A stretch of 64,000 nucleotides of DNA, taken from contig JBHLNF010000005.1 of assembly GCA_048937405.1 (NCBI GenBank), positions 1 through 64,000 of the forward strand, read 5' to 3'. Every line of letters starts with the position of its first letter. The first letter of the stretch is position 1. The position numbers were made by a program, and so were the translations under genes. A model generated the notes under the pieces. The model was not told the DNA's origin. It made no database searches and saw nothing but the letters and a program-made list of their open reading frames with translations. This DNA comes from Promethearchaeota archaeon. Lineage in GTDB: Archaea > Asgardarchaeota > Lokiarchaeia > Sigyniarchaeales > SOKP01. Below, in pieces: positions 20,623 to 28,323 of this stretch.

Positions 20623-20770
20623 TTAAAAGTTGTATTTTTAAAATGATTAGGCAGACCATTAAAAAGAGTAAAATTATGCTTATTTTATTTCAAATACTAA
20701 TATCAACGATGTTTTGTTGTAGTATTTGTGGCATTAGTCCGAATGCCTCTATCCCATCCACCGAAATGGC
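20623..20770 (-). ncRNA. Putative omegaRNA/reRNA of TnpB copy 1 (scaffold overlapping the tnpB 3' end plus flanking guide)
   Basis: Stem CAAATACTA/TAGTATTTG (20691-20728) covaries with copy 2; second stem GGCATT/AATGCC; 5' boundary uncertain. Confidence 0.65.
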
Positions 20771-22016
20771 ATTTGGGAATGCTTTTTTCATGATATTATA
20801 TGCCCCATTTACATCGGCATTGAGTACAATACCTTTGGAGGTTTTAAACAGACCTCTAGATATTCTTTTTCCTACATAGGTTGTATGGTTTTCAATTGGT
20901 TCATTATCCAAGAAAGAACATTTAGAAGTATGACATTCATCAATAGTTAAAACCTGGATTCCTTTCAATTTCGCTTTATATTCGAGTTGTTTCACTAATT
21001 TCAGGAAAGGGATTTGTACGAATTTCTGATTATTTCGTTTTCCAATGTTGATCTTTTGTTTCCACCCATGATTGTAGCCTATTACTATTGTCCCGATGTT
21101 ATTTTGATTACAATACTCAATTACATTCTTAGAGATTCGATGAAATAAGGTAGTAAGTTTATTGTTTCGAGTTAAATGAAGTTTTTGAATCCTTTTTGTA
21201 TCAGTAAAATTACCTTTCTTATTTTCTATACTCCTATAATATGCCAATTGTTTGTTATAATATTGATTTAGAGATTTTATCAGCCCACCTTTAATAATAA
21301 ATGGTTTGCATCCATTATTATTTACCGCAGTTATGAGATTATTCAATCCTAAATCAATACTTAACATATGCTCTTTATCTAATTTTAAATCCTTCACTTC
21401 TTTTTCATATATAATTTCAATTTTATATTTTACGCCTAAAGGAACTATCCTCACTTCTTTTAATCTTTTGGTGATTCTTGTTTTAATTGGTTCTAAATTC
21501 ACCTTTTTAGGAAAATACAAATATCCATTCTTAATTTTACACTGCTGATTGGTAAAAATTACTACAGATTCTCCACTTTTCTTTTTATATCGTGGAATTT
21601 TGGGTTTTTTCTTAAATTTTTTAAAATTTCTTTTATATTCTTCTAATCCTCTAAAATAAGACTTCCAATCTCTATTCACGTATTTGAGAATTTGTTGTGA
21701 TGTTTGAGAAGGAAGGCTCTGATAAGTTTGTTTATGTTTAAGAATAAAATCTAAATCATAGTATGATAAGAGAGTAGTGAGATTAAAGAACTGTTGTCTC
21801 ACATACCAATTCGCTAAATTGTAAAGATTTTTAGCTAAATGACATAAGTATGATACTTCTGATGAAGAGTTTATTTGGATAACTTCAGTTAATTTCACAT
21901 TAATAGTATTACAAATCACTCCTATTTAATAAAACACAGTGTTCAAAATAACTAATCTTTCCAATAATACTATCAAATGAATCCAAAAGATATATTTTTA
22001 TAAAAATACTCACCAT
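20643..22016 (-). mobile_element. IS200/IS605-family non-autonomous (IS1341-like, tnpB-only) element, copy 1
   Basis: Homology with copy 2 extends about 45 nt past the tnpB stop and about 115 nt upstream of the start, then stops; no tnpA; ends approximate. Confidence 0.8.
20690..21898 (-). CDS. tnpB: TnpB RNA-guided endonuclease, rearranged RuvC-II type
   Basis: AKNLYN, RuvC-I SIDLGLNN, IVIG, alternative Glu in IDECHTSKCS, RuvC-III NADVNGAYNI; GTG 21898 matches the copy 2 start. Confidence 0.93.
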   Translation of the reverse strand: MKLTEVIQINSSSEVSYLCHLAKNLYNLANWYVRQQFFNLTTLLSYYDLDFILKHKQTYQSLPSQTSQQILKYVNRDWKSYFRGLEEYKRNFKKFKKKPKIPRYKKKSGESVVIFTNQQCKIKNGYLYFPKKVNLEPIKTRITKRLKEVRIVPLGVKYKIEIIYEKEVKDLKLDKEHMLSIDLGLNNLITAVNNNGCKPFIIKGGLIKSLNQYYNKQLAYYRSIENKKGNFTDTKRIQKLHLTRNNKLTTLFHRISKNVIEYCNQNNIGTIVIGYNHGWKQKINIGKRNNQKFVQIPFLKLVKQLEYKAKLKGIQVLTIDECHTSKCSFLDNEPIENHTTYVGKRISRGLFKTSKGIVLNADVNGAYNIMKKAFPNAISVDGIEAFGLMPQILQQNIVDISI

Positions 22017-22079
22017 AATTTTAATTAAGAATACAGTTATTATTCTTTTAGATATTAATTGAAATTTGGAATAATTAAA

Positions 22080-23648
22080 ATGTCAGAAGAATTAAAACAA
22101 CCAAGTGATGAGGAAAAAGCGGAAAAAAAAGATCTAAAAGAAAATTTAGAGGAAAAACAAGAAATAGAGCAAATTCAAAGAATAAGTAAACCTGTGGTTA
22201 TTCGAGCAGATGCGTATAAAACTATAATTCTATATGCAAGCCGGTATGCAAACAAATCTATTCCCTCAGAGGAATGGAAAGAAATATATGGTATTTTAAT
22301 TGGGAAATCAGATGATGAATTAGTTTGTATTGAACGTTCAGAAGCTTTGACCTTTGGACATGCTACTGACGTACAGTTAGATGAAAGACATTATGGATTT
22401 ATCGAAGAGATTCAAGAGAGGCTTAATAAAGAGGGGAAAGGCTATTACATGGTAGGATGGTTTCATAGTCATCCTGGACTAAACTTATTCTTTTCTTACA
22501 TAGATTTAATTAATCAGCTTGGTTTTCAACAAACTAATGATGATTTTTGTGGATTAGTGTTTGATCATACCTTATTGGGAAAGAAAAAAGAAGAAATAAT
22601 CAAAAGTGATGATGGCTCTGAACATGCTATGACAAAATACGATACTGGTTTCGAAATTTATAGAATAACCGATATAAATATGAATGTTAATGATCCTGGA
22701 TTTGATAATAATTACCATAAAATAGATTATGTAATAGATGGATTAAATAAATATTTCTTTGCAAATGTATTATCTGAGTTATCTGCATTGGTCTCAGAAG
22801 GAAAACCTTTACAGTCTGCATACAGAGAAGAATCTTCACAAGAAAAGAAAATCCAAAACATTTCTGAATCAAATAATATGATAACCAAAGATGTTTTAAC
22901 TGAAATTCCAATGAGTGAAGATGTTACATTTGGAGTTGATGATTTTTTTTATAGTGATATTGAAGGGAAAAAAAAGCAGAAAGAAATAAAATTGAGAGAA
23001 ACTGCTGAACAATTGATATACGAAGGTAATCAAGCATTCGAGAATAGGGATTCATTTATTGGTATTGAAAAATTTAGGCTAGGAATTGAAAAATATAAAG
23101 AAATGAAAGATTTTGATAGAGTATTAGAACTATTAAGGATTGTATCTCAAAAATGTATCTCAAATGAACATTTTATTTTTGCTGGAGAATTTTCTGATGA
23201 TTTATATAAGTTGGCTAAAAAGAAAAATAAAATTTTCTATTTAGGGATATCACATTATATTAGTGGTTATTTGTTATTGAAGAAGGGAGAAAATGATGTT
23301 CTAGAAAGTGCTCTGAATAAAATTCAAGAAGCTGCAATAAATTTTGAAAAAGAAGGAGATTATGCTGGAGCAGGAATGTGTTTTAATAAAATAGGCTCGA
23401 TTTACCAATCAAGACTTAACAAAATAGAAAATGCGTGTCTATTTTATAGAGCAGCAATCGAAAATTTCAATAAAGCGCTTATTAAAATGCATCCTCTTAG
23501 AACCGATTTTTGGAATAAACCTGATTTACTTATACAAAAAATTGTAGAATTAAGAGATATTACTGAAGAATTACTACCAAACTTAGAAAATATTGAATTA
23601 AAGATTAAAATTGAAAATGAGCTAAAAAATCTGAAATATAATTTTTAA
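22080..23648 (+). CDS. MPN+ (JAMM) metalloprotease domain fused to a C-terminal TPR/SNAP-like helical region
   Basis: EIYGILIG...GWFHSHPGLNLFFSYID = E...HxHx7Sx2D; C-terminal AAINFEKEGDYAGAGMCFNKIGSIY helical repeats; start ATG 22080 or TTG 22059. Confidence 0.85.
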   Translation: MSEELKQPSDEEKAEKKDLKENLEEKQEIEQIQRISKPVVIRADAYKTIILYASRYANKSIPSEEWKEIYGILIGKSDDELVCIERSEALTFGHATDVQLDERHYGFIEEIQERLNKEGKGYYMVGWFHSHPGLNLFFSYIDLINQLGFQQTNDDFCGLVFDHTLLGKKKEEIIKSDDGSEHAMTKYDTGFEIYRITDINMNVNDPGFDNNYHKIDYVIDGLNKYFFANVLSELSALVSEGKPLQSAYREESSQEKKIQNISESNNMITKDVLTEIPMSEDVTFGVDDFFYSDIEGKKKQKEIKLRETAEQLIYEGNQAFENRDSFIGIEKFRLGIEKYKEMKDFDRVLELLRIVSQKCISNEHFIFAGEFSDDLYKLAKKKNKIFYLGISHYISGYLLLKKGENDVLESALNKIQEAAINFEKEGDYAGAGMCFNKIGSIYQSRLNKIENACLFYRAAIENFNKALIKMHPLRTDFWNKPDLLIQKIVELRDITEELLPNLENIELKIKIENELKNLKYNF

Positions 23649-23668
23649 AACAAATTTTTGTTTTAAAA
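23643..23668. repeat. 12-bp inverted repeat at the MPN gene stop
   Basis: TTTTAAAACAAA-TT-TTTGTTTTAAAA; AT-rich, function unknown. Confidence 0.35.
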
Positions 23669-23736
23669 TATAAAAAACCTTCAAAAATAAATTCCAAAAA
23701 ATTATATTTTAAGAATAATTATCTTATATACTTCTT

Positions 23737-24438
23737 TTGGTGATTACCACGCCACGACGTAAGCAAAAAATTAAATATTCCAGAAAAATTGTGTGTAAAC
23801 ATCTTGAACCACAAGGTAATATAAGTAACAGTCTTCAATCCTTATGCTATTGTCCTATTAGAGATTTAGTTTTAGGAAATAGAGCTTATGTGTGTCAAGT
23901 GTGTACAATCTATGATCCTGTAAAAACTAATCGTAGATTTTCAGAATTATTTGAAGAGAGTAAAAAGATTGCGGAAAAGAAGATTAAAGAGAAAGCTATA
24001 AAGCTGGAAGAATTTGAGATTGCTGAAATCACATCTGAAGATGAAATTGATCTGACAATTGATGAATTTGAGGAAGAGGAAGAAGTTGCACCATTGAAAT
24101 TTGAAAAAAGGAAAGCTGGAAAGGCAGACTTAGAAGATTCAGAAGAATTTCAAGAAGTTGAGTGTCCTTTCTGCGGAGAATTATATGATGATCTTGCTTC
24201 ACATATTCAAAATTGTGAATTTGCTCCTGATGATGCAAGTATAGAAGATATTATGCCATCAAAAGCAAAGAAAAAAAAGAAAAAAAGAGTAAGTGGAGTT
24301 GCTGATGCAGAAGAAAAAAGTACTGCTGAAAAACAAAAATGTCCATATTGTGGTAAAGAATTTTTAAGACTTGGACGCCATCTTAATTCATGCTCGAAGA
24401 AGCCACCAGAAACAGATAATGGTGAAGATAAAGAATAA
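23737..24438 (+). CDS. Zinc-finger protein: N-terminal Cys cluster, acidic tract, two CxxC-x9-H-x3-C fingers flanking a Lys-rich tract
   Basis: CPFCGELYDDLASHIQNC and CPYCGKEFLRLGRHLNSC; KAKKKKKKR; EFEEEEE. Confidence 0.75.
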   Translation: MVITTPRRKQKIKYSRKIVCKHLEPQGNISNSLQSLCYCPIRDLVLGNRAYVCQVCTIYDPVKTNRRFSELFEESKKIAEKKIKEKAIKLEEFEIAEITSEDEIDLTIDEFEEEEEVAPLKFEKRKAGKADLEDSEEFQEVECPFCGELYDDLASHIQNCEFAPDDASIEDIMPSKAKKKKKKRVSGVADAEEKSTAEKQKCPYCGKEFLRLGRHLNSCSKKPPETDNGEDKE

Positions 24439-24492
24439 ATTAATTTGCAAAATATAGAAATTCATTGACTAAATTTATCTATTTACATTATA

Positions 24493-25416
24493 GTGCATAG
24501 TATGGAAGAGATTTATTATTGTCATCCTGTATTTAGACCTCCAAGTGAGCGAAATTCTCTTTTGATTCAATTAACTGAAGGATGCACTTTCAAATGTGAT
24601 TTTTGTGTGTCAAATTTACGCAAACTCTTTAAAGTGCGAAATATTGGAGATGTAAAGAGAGATTTAGAGATTGCTCGATTACAATACGGGCAAAATGTGA
24701 AAAAAATCTTCTTTCTTGATGGTAATGCAATGGTTACACCAACAGAAAAACTTTTAGAAATAACAAAATTTTCATTCAGTCTTTTCCCTAATTTGGAAAG
24801 ATGTAGTGTTTATGCTCACGCGAAGGATATTCTTAAAAAAAAGGAACAACAATTGAAGGATTTATCAGAAGCAGGACTTAAGTTAGCATATGTTGGATTT
24901 GAATCAGGTTATGATTATTTACTTAATAAAATGAATAAACAAGCTACAAAGCAGAATTATATTGATGCTTCTAAGAAATTATTGGATGCAAATATAACTT
25001 TATCAGCAACTTTTATAAATGGTCTTGGTGGCGCAAATAATCTTGAAATCTCTGAAAAACATGCTTTTGAATCAGCAGATTTAGTTAATAAAATTTGCCC
25101 AGAAGATGATAGACTTTGGTACATTGCTTTTCTTACATTAATGATACCTTCAGGAACGGAAATTTTTAAGAAAGTTGCAAATAATGAATTTTCTGAGATG
25201 GATTCATCAGAAATACTACAAGAACTAAAAATGTTCATTAAAAATGTTTATTTTCAGAATAAAAAAGCAAATTGTATATTTCGCAGTAATCATGCTAGTA
25301 ACTATCTTCCCATTAAAGGTATTTTAGATAGAGATAAGCAAAAAATAATTGATGTTCTTAATTATGGGATTACACATACTAATATTTTAAGACCAGAATC
25401 ATATAGAGGCTTATAA
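24493..25416 (+). CDS. Radical SAM protein, paralogous to 13818..14726
   Basis: RPPSE, CTFKCDFC, FFLDGN, YVGFESG, NHASNY. Confidence 0.9.
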   Translation: MHSMEEIYYCHPVFRPPSERNSLLIQLTEGCTFKCDFCVSNLRKLFKVRNIGDVKRDLEIARLQYGQNVKKIFFLDGNAMVTPTEKLLEITKFSFSLFPNLERCSVYAHAKDILKKKEQQLKDLSEAGLKLAYVGFESGYDYLLNKMNKQATKQNYIDASKKLLDANITLSATFINGLGGANNLEISEKHAFESADLVNKICPEDDRLWYIAFLTLMIPSGTEIFKKVANNEFSEMDSSEILQELKMFIKNVYFQNKKANCIFRSNHASNYLPIKGILDRDKQKIIDVLNYGITHTNILRPESYRGL

Positions 25417-25461
25417 TTCTATAGAGCTTTACAATTGATAAAAGATTAAGTATTAAAAGCA

Positions 25462-26202
25462 CTATTTTTTAAAAATAATTTCCTGAGTTTTGGGAATATA
25501 ATTTTGGATAGGACTTTTAGGTTGTTTTTGTATTAGATTAATAAATTCAATTAATTGTTCTTGATCCATAGCCATTCTTTTAGAAAGAGCAGAAATTGAA
25601 AGTTTTTCATATTCTTTTGAACATTGGAATAATCTATTTCTGACTAAATTTTGATAAGTTATTGAAATAAGTCTCTTCAGATTTGGGAAGTTCTCCATTT
25701 TTATCTCTCTCACAAATTCAAAAATTTTATCAGAAGCATCATGATAGTTTAAAACTTTATAACAACTTAAAATTTCATACATTTTCTTGATAAATTTGAA
25801 GTATTTTGTAATGTTCAGACTAATATCTTGTAAATTATATTTATACATATTTTGGTCTACGTCACTCTTTAGCATAGCTAATAATTTAGTAAAATCTTCT
25901 AGATTTTTTTCACTAAGCTTTTCTTTTAAAAGATTACTAAATCGACGTTCATAAATTATTCTATGAGTTAATAATTCATCCTTCACTTTCTGATTTAACT
26001 CATAAAAATCACGGATTTCTTTCTCAATATTGAAATGATCTTTATGTTCTTCTAATAATACTAATGCTGATCTTACTTTTTTCAAAGCAGAATTATAATC
26101 TCCATCCTTTATTTTCTTTAGTATGATAGATTTATAATAATTCAATTCTTCGATAAGAATCTTTTTGTTTTTGAAATTTTCAAGATTTTTCTTAAAACTC
26201 AT
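25462..26202 (-). CDS. Helical protein with C-terminal PCI-like winged helix
   Basis: Helical N-terminus; C-terminal YEKLSISALSKRMAMDQEQLIEFI...QEIIF resembles a PCI wH. Confidence 0.5.
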   Translation of the reverse strand: MSFKKNLENFKNKKILIEELNYYKSIILKKIKDGDYNSALKKVRSALVLLEEHKDHFNIEKEIRDFYELNQKVKDELLTHRIIYERRFSNLLKEKLSEKNLEDFTKLLAMLKSDVDQNMYKYNLQDISLNITKYFKFIKKMYEILSCYKVLNYHDASDKIFEFVREIKMENFPNLKRLISITYQNLVRNRLFQCSKEYEKLSISALSKRMAMDQEQLIEFINLIQKQPKSPIQNYIPKTQEIIFKK

Positions 26203-26497
26203 TCACTCTCTACTAAAATATCGATAAGTTTTATTCTATTTACACAACTAGTATAGAACTTAAATATAAATTTAATGTTATGACTTTAATAAAAATTAAA
26301 ATGAGAATTAAGAAAAACTAGGACTATGATAAAATTATTGCTTAATTTAAGAGTATTTAGGAAATAAAAAATTTGAATCTTTTAAATAGTTAAAAATTTA
26401 CAAGAATTAATACTGTAGATGATTATTTTCGAATTTAACTTTTAAAAGAATATTAAATTTTATGATAAAAATTGAAAAAAAGTAATTAAATAAAAGT

Positions 26498-26854
26498 TTA
26501 GTTACGAGCTCCACATAAAGGACATACATCTGCATCTCCAATTGGATTACCACAATCTTTACAACGCCTAACACTATCAACTATATCTTCTTCTTCCTCA
26601 GCCTTGACCTTAAATTCATCAGTTTTTCCTTTAGAAAAGATGTTTCCCTTGATATTCCCGGGCCATACAATATTGACAATAATTCCAGCAATCACAATAA
26701 TTACGCAAATAATAATATAGAAGAGAAAATCACCATATAAATTAGCCTCTAAAAATGAATAAACTACTGCTATCCAGTTTACCATAAATTGTCCAATTGG
26801 AGTTACAATCGGTCTAAGAAATGCATAGATAGCTCCAAAAATTTCAGCCAACAT
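26498..26854 (-). CDS. Membrane protein with C-terminal zinc ribbon
   Basis: TM YIIICVIIVIAGIIVNIVW; CKDC...CPLC. Confidence 0.75.
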   Translation of the reverse strand: MLAEIFGAIYAFLRPIVTPIGQFMVNWIAVVYSFLEANLYGDFLFYIIICVIIVIAGIIVNIVWPGNIKGNIFSKGKTDEFKVKAEEEEDIVDSVRRCKDCGNPIGDADVCPLCGARN

Positions 26855-26894
26855 TTCTAAAATTTCAAATTGAAATAATATTTTATCTCACCTT

Positions 26895-27374
26895 TTAATA
26901 TTTTATTCGTTCTTCTCGAATTTTTTCTCTATTAATTGTAAAATCAATTATATCATACACTTTTAATACAACAGTGAGAAAATACACTCCCAAAGTGACA
27001 AGAACCATCTGTGAAACATCTATTGTAAAATACGCGAAATCTTCTACTACAAAAGTCCATTCAAGAGCACCAGAGAATTTATAGGCCCATATATATATAC
27101 AATTGACAAAAACTTGAATCAATGCAAATGAAGCTTTTCGAATTGATTGTTTTGGAGAAGAATGCGAGAAAAAGGCACAGGCACAGATAATTATTCCAAT
27201 AGAAACTATCCAAAATCTCACATTTTCATAATCTTCTCGTGTAAAATCTACTGTACCGATAGGTAATGGAATAGTAGAAATTAATGAGAACATAATTAGT
27301 GGAATTACAATGGTAGTTACTGCATAAATTGCTGCAAATATAAATCCTTTCACCATATTTCCTACAGCACCCAA
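26895..27374 (-). CDS. Four-TM hypothetical membrane protein
   Basis: Hydrophobic segments; AGGTGA RBS upstream; operon arrangement. Confidence 0.7.
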   Translation of the reverse strand: MGAVGNMVKGFIFAAIYAVTTIVIPLIMFSLISTIPLPIGTVDFTREDYENVRFWIVSIGIIICACAFFSHSSPKQSIRKASFALIQVFVNCIYIWAYKFSGALEWTFVVEDFAYFTIDVSQMVLVTLGVYFLTVVLKVYDIIDFTINREKIREERIKY

Positions 27375-27387
27375 TTCATTTCACCTC

Positions 27388-27972
27388 TTATTCTATTTCT
27401 CCTATTTGTATGTTAGATATTCCAAATGTAATTGAATGTAAACCTAATGAATAATCTAAACTAATGATTAGAGTTGCATAGAATATTACAGCAGGTGGGC
27501 CTCTAGTCCAATCTACCTCTGTTTCAAAATCTGGTAGTGTTGCATTGTTAAAATTACTCATATCTGCTGTTAAGTTTAAAGTTCTTCTTTCTCCTTTGGG
27601 AATTGTCCCAAAATTTTCATATTTCCAAAGAATTTCTATTTGTCTTGTTGTATTCACTCCTTCTGTAGTAAAGTTAACATGACTATAATTCATTTCAAGA
27701 CTTATTGTAAGTTCAAGATTTTCTATAGGAAAATAACCAGTATTATTGACAAAAATTGGTAAGGCAAAATCAAAGTCCTCAATTACATGTGTTGTTTCAT
27801 TTGTTTTGACATCATAAACTGCGTTATCAGTATCCACATTAAGATTATGTTTATAATCGGTTAGAATTAAAAGCGCTGAAAATGGACCAAGAGTAGCTAC
27901 TATAGTAATGGATAAGGACAAAATTAGAATAAAGATACGAAATATAAGTCTAAAAACTCGCGACGGTCTCAT
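27388..27972 (-). CDS. N-terminally anchored extracellular beta-sandwich (LEA_2/Ig-like) protein
   Basis: N-terminal TM; VNNTGYFPIENL and GTIPKGERRTLNL patterns; N-glycosylation sequons. Confidence 0.55.
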   Translation of the reverse strand: MRPSRVFRLIFRIFILILSLSITIVATLGPFSALLILTDYKHNLNVDTDNAVYDVKTNETTHVIEDFDFALPIFVNNTGYFPIENLELTISLEMNYSHVNFTTEGVNTTRQIEILWKYENFGTIPKGERRTLNLTADMSNFNNATLPDFETEVDWTRGPPAVIFYATLIISLDYSLGLHSITFGISNIQIGEIE

Positions 27973-28323
27973 GATAATCGAGAAAATATATTTATTGTAT
28001 TTAATTATTTTTGGTTTATTATTTTTCTTTATTCAGATAGATAAAATTATCTTTTATTAGATTTATTATACTTATAAATTTTATATTTATAATTATTTAC
28101 AATTTGAATTCATATAGTTGGAATAGTTAAAGTAAGAACACCATTTTTTGACAATATTATAAAAAAAGTAATGTCTTCAAAAGTAGTAAATAGTTTCTAT
28201 TATGAACATGATTAGCTTCTATATTAATTCTAAATTAAAGACATATAATTTAATTAAATAAATAGATTATATAGGTTAATTAACTATATTTTGTTTTTAA
28301 TCTAAAAAAAAAACGAGTCGATT

